Shown one piece after another: positions 28,967 to 42,800 of a stretch of 52,113 bases of DNA. The stretch is from the NCBI GenBank assembly GCA_023231475.1, contig JALJEE010000604.1, forward strand, positions 1 through 52,113, read 5' to 3'. The DNA comes from Seison nebaliae (taxonomy: Eukaryota). The position numbers and the translations under genes are program-made. The first letter of the stretch is position 1; the number at the start of each line of letters is the position of its first letter. The notes under the pieces are model-generated. The model had not been told where the DNA came from and made no database searches. It saw nothing but the letters and a program-made list of their open reading frames with translations.

Positions 28967-31106
28967 TCAGTCGATTGGGTCTTTTGTCGAATCGTCTAAC
29001 CAAGAGAAATAATTATCTATTTTATTTTCATTGATTCTCATCGTTAAATCGATTTGATTTCGACTCTCCTCGAAGAGATGGAGATCCATTTCCAGATTCT
29101 TGAAATATTCCTCTACGTTAATATTTTCCGTATTGACAAAAGGTTGTTCATCGTCTGATGATGGTACGATGGAATTCCAATCCGATTTCTGTTCAACAAC
29201 TTCATCTAACCAATTCTCATAATTTTGAATGAAAGAATATGTCAAACTGAATTTCTCTCCAGACTCCTTATTTGGACGAGTTTGTGGATTTTTTGAACTC
29301 AAATATGATTCGACAATATTCAATGATTGACGATTGAGATAATTCTGCAATTGTTCATCATTCTCATATTGAGTCATGGTGAATTTCATGGGGATGGAAT
29401 GAATGTTATCGAAATCGGATTTAATTAATGGATTGACGAGTTGTCCGTAATGGAACCATCGATATTTAAAGTTGTTGATCATACACAAAATATCGTTCTC
29501 ACTAAATTCCATATCATATGGTGATCTCTCATAATACCAATATTTCGATCTTTTACCATTCTCACTATCCATATATATACTATCGTTAATCGTTCCATTC
29601 GTATGGTTTAAACCGTTGGATGATAATAGACAATTATTTCCATTATTTCCATTATTCATTGAAGTGTTGAGCATCGGATAATTGTTGTTGTTGTTGTTGT
29701 TGTTATTATTGTTGTTTCCATTGTTGTTATTATTGTTATTGGATGGTGATGGAGGAGGAGAAGATTTCTTATAATGATTTAATAAAACGTTGAAATTGGG
29801 AATATGAGAATTATGGGAAGTGATTGATGTGGATGATGATGATGGAATTGGTTGTCCGTTACCATTCTCATTATCGATGGATGAGGAACATGAAACATTA
29901 AATCGTTTCCTTAACGTTTTATAAATATGAGTGAGTGTGTTCATATTAAGACGTCGAACAGTTTTTGAAACGAATTTCATTTGAATTCGAAGAATTTTCA
30001 AAGCATAAAAAAATATCCAATGATTGCCGAGAGTTAAGAGGATTTTAAGTGTTGTAATAAATCGTATGTCAGCAACAGATGGTGATTGTTGTTTCTTGTA
30101 TACTTTCTGACTTAATCTCAACATGTCGACGGTGGTAATAAATGCTCGCCACATCATTCGTTCAGTTGACGTATCATTATCGTTATGAATGGCGAAATTT
30201 GGATAACGACGACAATCCATAAATAATGTTAAATGTTTACCGTTGGGTGAAACGAATTGCGGTGGTGGTGGTGGTGGTGGTTGTGAATGATGAACATCAT
30301 TGGACATTCCACCGAATAGATCTGGCTCATAATATTGACGTCCATTCGCATCCTTCACACCCAATTTATCATAATTCGACACATCATCAAGAAATGATAA
30401 AAACATCGTATGCATATTCGTTCGTTTTATATGAAACAACAATTCCTCATACAACAGAATATGATATGAACCGAAATGTTTTAACAACAACAACAAAATG
30501 GATGAGATAGATTGTTTGATGTTTATACGGAAATTGAACGAACAACATAACATGAAAACGTTCCAACATAATTTCGAGGTACGATAAGGAATAACGGCAT
30601 CAGCGAGAATTTTATCACAATTCGCTTTCCCAGAAAATACCTGCATAACGGAAAAGACTTCCGTTCGTTGATGAATGAATGCTTCATAATTCTCCAATTC
30701 TTCGAAAGTATTTATATCTGGTCGTTGCTTCTCTACAATCTTCTCTAATGCCGCATAATTATCATAAGAATCTTTAAATGTCATCATACTTAACAATTCA
30801 TGATAAATGTGAAGTGATGGATTTGTGACATCTTTCTTTTCTCCTTCATATTCTTCCCCATTCTCCCCATTTAATAAGTCATTATTATTATTATTATTCA
30901 TATTCAAATGTTGTTCGCCATTCAACAAACCATTCGTATTAGTCGTTCCATTCGAATCATTCGGGGAACAAATTGTTACATGATTATTATTCGTTTGTGA
31001 TAATTTCACCAGATGATTCTTCGTTCCTATTTGAAATAATTCATTGACTTCACGATCACTACTCAATGTTTCCGTTGTTAATGGTTTAGTATTCAATAAT
31101 AATCTC

Positions 31107-31137
<31 letters not shown>

Positions 31138-33862
31138 TTATGTCATTTTTTAATGGAATCGATTCATCTCTACTCTCGTCCATCATCGGATCATTTCCAT
31201 CTTCCGTTCTCAGATCACTCGCATCCATCTCGTTCATATTATTATTATTATTATTATTGTTGTTGTTGTTAAGATTGAGATTAGTTGTACTAATATTTTT
31301 GTTGAGTCCAAACAAGTTGACATATGAGGAATGTTTCGCCATTTCGTGACGGAGAAGAATGAAATCAAAAAATTTCCCATGATAAGCGATGGCTTGAGCG
31401 AGTATGTCGGAAAACACTTCCACCAACATCGGAATTACTTCGATGAGAGACAAATAGAATTGATGGACATCATCATTCGGTTCCGCCATATAAGAATCAT
31501 TTTGTGTCAAAGGAAATTTCATTGAATTGATCGTTCGTTCCAATTGTCGTTCACCTAACGATACATATTCGTATTTTTTCAGAACATCAAAACTATCGAT
31601 TGTAGCTTTTGGTAATAGATTATAATTACTGATATCTCCTTTCGGTCCTTCGATATTGAAGAACTTCAAACGACAATTATTCAACCATTTCTCCAGATTA
31701 TGTCGCGAAATTTTCGGTCGCCATGGTAATATGATGTGAACCGGTTTCTTATTAACATTTCCTTTAGCTAAAGGATTCATCGTCTCATTTCGATCATATT
31801 CCATTCGATATGAAGAGAAACCTGATGTTCCATTCATTCCCAAAATTGATGCACCTGCACTCCTTCGTAGTACGACGGGTGATGGTTTCTCCATCACTTC
31901 ATTATTACTTTGTCGATCATTCATTCGACCATCGAATAATGATGTACCGTTATCTCGGATTATCGACACTCCATTAATCGCGTTCTCGTTCATGAGAAGA
32001 CCATCTTCGTCTTCCATTTCCGATACATAATCAGATGACATACATTCATCTTTAATTGGAGTTGAAGGAATATTGATATCGTCTAAAGTTTTTCCATTAT
32101 TCTCCGTATTGAGCACTTCTCCATCATTCCCATTCATTCTCATTGTTTCTTCCATATCATCATCAGGATATGGTGGTATAGTTTTTTCTGTCTTATTCTG
32201 ACATTCATCATTGTCTGCATCTTCACACATATCAAATGTACTACTATCATCTTCATGAAGATTTTTTGGAATAGGTTCGATATTATCTCTTGCCATATCC
32301 TTAAATTCTTCCAATTCATCTTCATCATCGATATCATTCTCCGTATCTTCTCTTTCATCATCATCAAATGTTCCATTTGAATTACTTTTCTTCTCATCAG
32401 TTATCGTCTTCTCATTATCTTCACTGATTACTTCTTCCATCTCATCAATCTCATCAATCAATGTTTTCCCATTATTCTCCAAATCATTCTGTGATAATCG
32501 TTCAATAGAAAAATCAACTTTTCTCTTCTCCTCCTCCTCCACTTCCTGATCCTTATTGTTGTTGTTGTTATTATTCTGATTGAATTCTTCTTCCATCAAT
32601 TTATCACATTGATGATTTATATCATCAGGTTTTCGATGTTTCATCCAAACGATAAGACTACTTCTACTCGGTCTTTTATTCAATTCGGTGCCAGAGTCTT
32701 TCCAATTTAATGTCTGACCATTTCGTCTTTGTGGAATGAGTCGTCGTTTTTTCGTTTTGAGTAGAGCATGTACCATCTCTTCATCACCATCATTTGCATA
32801 TTTCAACACTCTCATTAGAGTAAATGGATTCTCTTTTAGTCTCGTTCCATTAAATCGACAAACATTTCGACTCTTCCTCAAGAAAGCTTCATACATTCCA
32901 CCCAATGCCGTCAATACGATAAATTTGAAAAGAATTAAACTTTTCTTTATCGGCAAAATGGAACAAGTGGACTTGTCTTTGCAACTTCTCATCACCAGAA
33001 CCAGAATGGTCAATAAACTTTCCATTTCATTCGTCACCGTCACATTCCTCAAATTATCCAATCCTGGAGACTGATGAATTCGTCGTTCATGTGTCTTATG
33101 TCCATTATAAATGAAATGTTTTATCTTCTTCCCATACATGTACCATTCATTGACTTCATTCGTCGATCTTTTCACTATCCTTCCGTCCCCATGATAAGTT
33201 CGAGTTTGATAATAAATGACAATGAATAAAATGGAAACGATTCCCAGACAATAATTAATCTCAATATCAACATCATAATCGTTGTGGGAAATGTTCTGCA
33301 AAGTGGTTTGATCCTCTTCCTCATTCGTCGACAATTTAAATAATTGATGGAATCGATATAATAATCGATGAAGTAGAACCAGATGGAAATCCATTTCTAA
33401 TACTTTCCGACAATTCTTCAGAACACGTTCCTTCAATTCACTCCGTGAACATTGTTTCGGCAACGGTTCACCTATCACATAGAAATAGAGAAATAATAAA
33501 TCCGATTCCGTTAGGAATTCTCGTTCATCCAATTCCTTCATATTTCTCATTTTATCAAAAATCTCATTCTCATCAATCGTTCGAGCGGCATGTATTTGAT
33601 AAAATCGTTGAAGTTCTGATGCTGTGATGATTGTGGAGATCTCTTCCAACAAATCTTCATTCATCTCATCATAATTGAAAGAAGCAAAAGATGATGGTAT
33701 TTGAAAGTCCGAATCATCTAACATATTTATTCCTGTGTTACAATTCCCATTATTATTAGTACTGCCATTACCACCATTCACTCCTCCCATCACATTACCA
33801 TTACTCACCCGAATGGCATTCATTGCAGCCAATCTAAAATTGACTTTATCCCAATCAAACAT
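28967..33862 (-). CDS. STRIP: Striatin-interacting protein (STRIP1/2, FAM40/Far11; N1221 and DUF3402 regions), 1631 aa, single coding exon
   Basis: Blocks matching STRIP1 as I recall it: LPIKKSLILF..LTALGG, LPWRPKI..CRLKFF..LP..YEYVSL, SISSILLLLLKHF..H, WRAF..MLR, YALKILRIQMKFV..RRLNM..IYKTLR, FIQNYENWL. These are separated by poly-N/D/E/S insertions. Confidence 0.88.
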
Positions 33863-34789
33863 TCAAAATTTATCCGATCAATCCTCTTCCCTCCTAAATA
33901 AATACAAATTTCTCCTTTCCTTTTCCTTTTTAATTCGAACTACTTCTCTTCTGTATTCATCACTTTGGTAATCTTCTAAAGAATAAAAGAAAAAATCTTA
34001 AAGAAATTTTTCATGAAATTTCAATTAGAAAATTATATTTTAAAATTACACGTCTCTCTCTCTCTCTCTCTCTTTCTCTCTCCTTTGTGGAAGAGAAGAA
34101 GAAGTTTCTGGGAAAGAATTGCAAAAGAAAAAATAATGACCTTTCCTTAAAAGAAAATATTTTGTTGGAAGAAAATTTATTTTGCAACTTCATCCACGAA
34201 ACATCGTCAATCGGAAATTTATTTGAAATGAAAATTTTCTTTGTGATCTTCGAAGAAGAAAAATAAGCAGGAGGAGGAAAAGGCGATTAGTCTCTCAAAT
34301 GAGAGACATGCAATTCTTATTGAAAGGAGATGGGCGAGGAATAGATAAAGAAAAACAGTTCTATCCAAATATCATTTTCGAGCTTTCCATTCATACCATA
34401 CTTCCGCTTATTCATCACTAGATAATTAATTCAAGTCCATCACAATACAAATATGTGGCCTCTCCAATTAATCGATGAGCCTCTGTTATAAATGTTCCAG
34501 ATATTTTACAGCGATGATTTCTAATTAAAATGAAATATAACTAACAAATTAAAATTTTTAATTTCATTTAAATATTTATATAAATTCAGAATCGATTCAT
34601 CATATTATTCATTCATTCATTCAAATTATTTAAAATCATTTTTTGGCTTAACTTCTTCAATTATTTTTAATTTTAATTTCTACACCAAATCCACACACAT
34701 TCCCACTGCACTCAACAATTTTTAATAGAATTAATTTTATTGTTATGTGAAAATATTGAAAATATAGTTTTATAAAAATTTATTTTAAA

Positions 34790-35212
34790 AATATTTCTAA
34801 TTCATAAATGTCAATATAGAATATATAAGATATATATATATAATATATAATAATATAATATAAGATAGAGATGAAAATAATTTTGAAACAGACGATGACA
34901 GTGATGAACAAGATTAAGTGATTAGTTCGAAATATTGATTGCATAGTGCATTTCGATAAATAAAATTTACATAAATAAATTGATTTCTATACTAGTCTGA
35001 TAACTAAATTTAGTAGTTGAGTAAAGCTCAAAAATTTTCGAAAAGTTTTTTGAACTAATTTTTTTAGAAAGACAAAAATTGAAATTTTAAAAACACTACG
35101 ATGTTCAGAATTGATTCAAATGCCTATACGTTTATTTTTAGGCAAAAAAAAAAAATTTTTTTTATGGCGTTCAAACAGACTTTTACCAATATTTCTAATT
35201 CATAAATGTCAA
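34790..35212. repeat. 25-bp direct repeat (34790-34814 and 35188-35212) flanking an AT-rich segment
   Basis: aatatttctaattcataaatgtcaa occurs twice, 398 bp apart. Confidence 0.8.
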
Positions 35213-36852
35213 CATACCAATCAAATGAACAATAAATTAATTAAATGAGACAACAAAACTAGAGAGACATTTTCCATATTTTTTTCTGATGTTTTAAGAT
35301 AATTCTTAAACGCATTGTATTGGATTGTTTGGGACGTGAATAGAAGAGTGAATTTTAGTCTCCTATTGGAAAGGAAAGATGAAGGAATAAAAAATATTAA
35401 ATTATATCGATTTTACTAACAGTCATTTTGAGGATTGATGAGTAATGAAACGATTGATGGAATGAGTAGCATAGTGGAAGAATTGTTGGAGTGTATTGGA
35501 AGAAGTGATTGTTTGTCTACGGTTAAGGAAAGAAAGAGGAGGAAAAAGCGAGGTAGAGAACCAGTAAAATTATACGACAATTTATCTAATTATGGGAAGT
35601 GAAGTTTAGCGACGAAATCGAATTATCATCTGTTAAATGGAGAATCAGATGGAAAGTTTAATATAACTCTACACATTTCAATAATTTTCACCAAATTCCT
35701 TACAATCTCTATACCTGACTTCTTCTTTTTAACTATTTCGTTGTTGTTATTCATGATGATGTTGGGTAGTCTGTGAAGAAAAAAGAGAAGTTCAATGAAT
35801 TCGTTCCTCGATTTGAGTCGATAAGAAACTTTAATTTTCACTTTTTTTTTCGTCGAGGAGTTATGAAAGAAGTTTTCTTCTATGTGGGTGAACAACCAGA
35901 AATTTCATTTTATTGAGTAAACTGTGGGAATTCCGTCATTGTTCCCATTATCAATCATTTGACATTCGTAATTTTGAATGATTAGGTATAAATAATTAAG
36001 AATTAAACGTTTACATATCACGACTGACATTAGTAATTATGTGGAAAGTGTTTCAATTGTCGATGACAGTTCTTCATGAAGAAATATGAAGATGATCAGA
36101 AAGTTTCTTCGAAGACTTTCTACTTATCCCAACTCGACTACTTGACTCTTATAGTTTAGGATGGATCTTATTCTTGGAAATCTTATTTGTAAGAAAACGT
36201 CTATTTGGAAAAAGCTTCCACTGCTTTCGAACAACATTCTTCGTCAGTCTCTTCTTCGGAACGAGACCTTTCTCCATTATTATCGTTCTAATCGAAATAA
36301 TGATCACTATTAAATATTCGTTGTCATCGTTCCTCCTGACGTTTGTTAAACTTCGCAAGGTTAATAGTACAATAATTAGACTACCATATACTACTTTAGA
36401 GAATGGGCTGCTCCCGACAACTTTAGCGAATCGATTATGTCAATTTTCTCTATTCCGTCGAAGAAACTTTTTTCCTGTTTCGTCTTTTGATTATGATGAT
36501 GATTGTTATTGTAAGTTTAATATTCTTTTTCCTTCTTTTATTATAACCGTCGATTCCAAATCATTTCCCGCCACACTACCACCAGAGAATTTCTCTTTTA
36601 TTTTTATGTTCCTTCAAAAAAAAAAGATAATACTGTTGTCAAATTAACTGTAGAATTAGTGTATATAGTTAATTGGTACTATATGATCATTCTAACATAA
36701 ATTTGCCAAAGAAGAAAAAAAAGAAGAAGAATATGAACGAACTATAAAATGAGTATTTATTGTCTTTCCTCGAAAAAGAATTATATGAAACATTAAAATT
36801 AATATTATATTAGAAAATTAATCAATATTAACACGATCATGTATCGATTGTA

Positions 36853-39800
36853 ATGAAAATGAAAATTTTCATATTCCTCCTACACACTCTCACACTCATA
36901 CGATTGAGCGAATCCAAAAAATATTTCAGAAGTTACTTCTTCCTCTGCACATCGCTCGAATTATTTCATTCCGCCATCTAGGTGATGAATATGAAATAAT
37001 TTGTTACGATGACGATGTGGAAGACGAACGATCAATTGACAAACATTTCCAATATCAATTTAAAAATCTCACAAAAGATTTCTGCACACAACTTTGTGTC
37101 GGTTTTCCATATGCCGTTTATAAGGTTAATCCATAATTCCTTTCACATCTTTTCAACTTGAAGTAAATACTTCACTAATTTGGAACTCTTAGGATGGAGT
37201 TAATTGTCAATGTCGTACGAAAATCGATGAGAACAAAGTTCATAATTCATCGTCGTGTTATCTGTTGAATTGTGGAGAAGAAGAATGTGAATTGAAGAGA
37301 TTGAATTCAGAATTATTGTTATTAAACGGTTTAAATTCTTTATTAATTTCTTGTGTATTCATTTCGAAATTGAAGGACCATTCGATGAATGTTTATTATA
37401 TGGATGTTCCGGCAATGGAATTTGTGCAATCCGACATCAAGCTGGACGATATGAATGTCATTGTGTGAATGGATTTAATGGAAATCGTTGCGAATGGAAA
37501 AGTTTCCTTTTGTTTTTCATGTTCTAAAGATTTACTAAAAAAATAATAATATTAAATTAAGATACGAATAGTTCGTGTTCATCATTTCCTTGTCAATCGG
37601 GTGGTTTGTGTATTGATGGAACTAGTCATTCCTTAAAATTCCAATTGATGAATTCCATTGAATTACCACTGAATGAATTATTGAAGAATGTGGAACATTT
37701 AAACGAATCAACATTAAATATTGATGAGAGATTGACACATTTAATTAATTATGGTCAACCACCAGATAATTTAGAGACATCTTTCACTTTCGATTACGAT
37801 TCAAGGGATAAGTCGATTATTCTTCATCTAGAAATATTCAACCAAAAACTTTCGTTGACCATCCAACCAAACAACGACCATCATTGGTGTCTGTGTCGCG
37901 AAGAGAGCTTCGGAAATCGATGTCAGCATTTGAAAAGAAGTTTCTTCCTTCTTTTCTTAATGGTGAGAATGAATTATTATTTTTGTAGGTAACGGCCGCG
38001 GTTTTTTCTTCTTCCTTAAACTCAATATTTGTTTTTACATATTCTTTTAGTGGTCGCTGCAAAAGATACGCCGATACTTTACGGTTTCCTGTCACTTTTC
38101 TCTTTCTCTTCCATCTATGAGTTGTTGTCAAAGACTATTGCTTAAGTGATCCATGCACTCGAGGTAGTGCCTGCATTCTCCAATCGTATACTTATTATTG
38201 TGTGTGTCGTCCGGGCAAGTCGGGTATTCATTGTGAATTCGAATGTTGGTCATTCCGTTTATAATGAGAATAAAATCCATTTCTTTTTTCAAGTGAATAA
38301 TTGTGTGACGTTATCATGTCGAAATGGTGGTACCTGTTTATCGACACCGAACGGCCATCAATGTAAATGTTTACCGACATATACAGGATTATTCTGTGAA
38401 AGTTTTTCTTAATATTTCTAATTCTCAAAAAACAAGTTATTGTAAATAAACAGGTAAGATAAGTAGCTGTGCTCAATATTCACCTTGTTCGAATGGTGGT
38501 ATTTGTATCGATTCTTCAACCGGTCCACGATGTCTTTGTCCACCGAATACTTCTGAGAAGAATTGTCAATTGAAAAGTCATTTCTTCCATTCATTCAATT
38601 ATTTCATTTTCTTTCTAGATGATAACGATTGTCGTATCAACCATTGTATGAATGGAGGTATTTGTGTCTTCCACACCAATTACGGGTACTTTTGTTCATG
38701 TCCTATCAATTTCCATGGATTCTCTTGCGAATTCACCAGTTCCTATTGCTCCCCATCACCTTGTCGCAATGGAGGTCGATGTGTATTGACGTCTGGTGGT
38801 TTTTTCTGTTTATGTTCGTCAGGTTGTTGGGGAGATCTTTGTGAGAATCAAAATGGTTATATTTTCAATAGATTATTTTCAATTAATTTTTTTCAAAAGA
38901 TGAAACTAAATGTTCGATAAATCTTTGCAATTCTCACGGTTTAATTAACTCAAATGGAATTTGTCAATGTACTGAAGGATATTCGGGAGCTCAATGCACC
39001 ATTCCTCCCAATCCATGTATCAGGAACTCATGTTTAAACGGTGTTTGCAATCCAATTCAAGATGCGTATTGGTGTCAATGCTCTCCAAATTTCTCCGGTT
39101 TTTCTTGCGATGCTCCAGTACAGAATTGTTTAGTTACTCCATGCTCTAATGGCGGTACATGCATCATGACTAGTAGTGGATACATCTGTCAATGTAAATC
39201 GACATTTACTGGATTGTCGTGTGAAGCCAGAGTCCAATATTGTCTATCCAAACCTTGTTTGAATGGCGGTACGTGTAATGAGAATTTTTTCGGTTACAAT
39301 TGTATTTGTCCTTCGAATTTCGTCGGACGATTATGTGACACAGCTATCGGGAATAAATGCACCAACAATTATTGTTTCAATGGAGGAAGTTGTATCGAAT
39401 CGGATAATAAAATTTTATGTTCCTGCTTTCCCAATTTCACCGGAGTACGATGTGAAAATGTTATCAATTCTTGTCTACCAACAACGTGCTTAAATGGTGG
39501 AACGTGCAATTTTGTTAATGGTCAAGTCCAATGTACATGTATGGTACCATTTTTCGGGAATAATTGTGAGATATCAGGTACTACTAATGTTTGTTCATCA
39601 AATCCGTGTGTGAATGATGGAATATGTACGGAAATAGGAAATACTTATAATTGTCAATGTAAACCCGAGTTTGGTGGTACTAATTGTGAAGTGGATCTTT
39701 GTAAGAATCTTTTTTGTCAGAATGGCGGTACATGTAAAGTGGTTAATAATATGGCTTCGTGTCACTGTGCCGCACCATTCACCGGTGTAGTTTGTGAAGT

Positions 39801-42800
39801 GAATGGAGATAATTGTGCGTCGAATCCTTGTCAGAATGGAGGGCAGTGCACGTCAAATACATTCGGTTATTCCTGCAATTGTTTATTTGGTTTCTCGGGA
39901 ATAAATTGTGGCATTTCTCCCAATGCCTGTTCATCAGTGCCTTGTTTGAACGGTGGAATTTGCACAAATACAGCAAATGGTTATTATTGTCAATGTACTA
40001 ATGGATATTCCGGTGTTAATTGTGGCAATTCACCATGCGCATCCAATCCTTGTTTGAATGGCGCTTTTTGTTCGATGAACGGTTTTGGATATCAATGTCA
40101 ATGTGTGAATGGATATTTCGGTGTGACTTGTGCAAATTCTCCTTGTGCTTCCAATCCATGTTTGAATAATGGAATGTGTAATTTAAATCAATTCGGTTAC
40201 CAATGTCAATGTATTAATGGATATACGGGTATTAATTGTGCAAATTCTCCTTGTACTTCCAATCCGTGTTTAAATAATGGAATGTGTAATTTGAATCAAT
40301 TCGGTTACCAATGTCAATGTATTAATGGATATACGGGTATTAATTGCGAGAATTCCCCTTGTACTTCTAATCCGTGTTTAAATGGCGGAATATGTCAAAT
40401 GAATCTTTTCGGTTATCAGTGTCAATGTATCAATGGTTATTCAGGAGTGAATTGCGAACAATTTAATGGGAATCAAGATTGTACTTCTAATCCCTGTATG
40501 AATGGCGGTACTTGTCGGAATGTGAATGGAGGATATGTATGTGATTGTCTAGCGGGTTATATTGGGACAGATTGTCAAACACCTGGTACATTATCATGTT
40601 CGTCGAATCCGTGTTTAAATAATGGACGATGTGATGAGATGGGCCTTCAATATGTCTGTCAATGTGTCAATGGTTTTACGGGAATCAATTGTGAAATTCC
40701 TCTATCAGTTTGTAACTCTTTTCCATGTCTCAATGGCGGACAATGTGGACCATCAGGAAATGGTTATATATGTCAATGTGTTAACGGTTACACGGGGATA
40801 AATTGTGAGGTGTCGGCTTGTCAATCCAATCCTTGTCAGAATAATGGTAATTGTAATTTAATGCAATTCGGTTATCAATGTTCATGTGAAAGTGGATTTT
40901 ATGGAATTAATTGCGAAATGTCTTCTTGTGATTCCAATCCATGCTTTAATGGTGGTACATGTCGCATTACTGTTACTGGTTATATTTGCGATTGTCTATC
41001 CGGCTATACAGGAATTCATTGTAATGACGCTCAAAATGCATGTCTCTCCAATCCATGTATGAATTCGGGTCGATGTGATTCGGTGGGAACAAATTACATT
41101 TGTCAATGTACTCCTACTTTCACCGGAACGAATTGTGAACTCTCAATCAATTTACCTTGTGCAAGTAGTCCTTGTCAGAATGGCGCCGTATGTTCTTCCA
41201 CTCCATTCAATACTTATCTTTGTCAATGTGTCAACAATTATTCGGGAACTAATTGTGACATTGCCCCTTCAAATTGTGCTTCCAATCCATGTTTGAATGG
41301 AGGAACATGTTTACCTAATTTCGCTGGATACATTTGTCAATGTCCCATCAATTTCACGGGAGCATCTTGTGAGACGCCCTACAACATTTGCTCATCTCAG
41401 CCATGCCTGAATGGTGGTACGTGCACGATAAATATCAGTGGGCAAATTGTGTGTAAATGTGTATCGCCTTTTATTGGTGTGACCTGTTCCATTTTCGGAG
41501 AATCATGTACACCTAATCCTTGTCAGAATGATGGTGTTTGTTCGATTAATAATAATTTTTTACAATGTAAATGTAAAGCACCGTTTTATGGGAATTTATG
41601 TGATATAACTCCTTGCACGTCTGTACCATGTATGAATAATGGTATTTGTAAGTTGTCCGATACAGGATACTTGTGTCAATGTATTGATTCCTATACCGGT
41701 GTCCAATGTAATATATCTCCTCCTTGCAATAGTAATCCTTGTTTCAATGGTGGTATCTGTACGAATGTGGGTGGAATATTTGAATGTCTTTGCGTTAATG
41801 GATATTTTGGTGAGACATGTTCCCAAATCAGTAACACACCATGTCCCACTAATATCTGTTTAAATGGAGGAACTTGTACGATTACGAACAATATCAACAC
41901 TTGTCATTGTCTACCAACTCATACTGGAAATATATGTGAAACGATTATATGTGTAGTCGGTTATTGTGCAAATGGAGGATTGTGCTCAATCTCTAATAAT
42001 AAATTGTCATGTCTCTGTGTGGGTCCATATACGGGAGATACATGTTCTGAACTGAAAGCCGATGCCTGTCAACCAAATAGTTGTGCCAATAGTGGTACTT
42101 GTCTGCCGAACCTCCAAGGTTTTACTTGTATCTGTCCAATCGGATTTACAGGACAATTTTGTCGAGTAACTGATGAATGTGCCACTTTCAATTGTTTGAA
42201 TGGAGGAAGTTGCAATACGGATACCGGTCTACCGAAATGTATTTGTACATTCGGTTTCACTGGAGCAGATTGTTCAATTCCATTAAGTTATCACTTCCGT
42301 TTTCAATGAAACTTATTTCTATTTTAATTCTTTTATTCATTAGATGTTCCGTGTAATTCATCACCTTGTTTGAATCAAGGCGTTTGTTCCAATGTTGGCA
42401 ACACTTACGAATGTCAATGTATTAGTGGATTTGTTGGTAACAATTGTGAACATTCTCCAAGTTAGTTGTACTTTCTATGATTTAATCTTCATTTACTAAA
42501 AAACATTTTTAATGTAATAATAAAAAATTTAATTAAATTTTAATGTTCTTCTTTCAACTCTAGATTCGCCTTGTTCATCATCTCCATGTATTGAGCCTGG
42601 TGTCTGTGTGTCGACACTAAATGGCTTCACTTGCCAATGTCCACAAGGGACGACTGGCGGTATATGTCAATATGCAGGTTATTAGTTATTTTATTCACAT
42701 TTCTCATTCAATTACCAATTCGAAAAATTTTTAAACGTTACGCAGATACATGTTCGTTAGACTTCTGTTTCAATGGAGGCACATGCAAACTCAATCCTAA

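Noticed and set aside
36174..36647. 157-aa plus-strand ORF upstream of the RPTP
   Set aside because: TTG start and F/L/I-rich composition typical of AT-rich noise; the RPTP has its own ATG and signal peptide at 36853.
39166..42309. Calling the 1047-aa EGF ORF Notch, Crumbs or fibropellin
   Set aside because: No LNR/ankyrin, laminin-G, CUB or avidin domains; it splices in frame to a TM helix and PTP domains.
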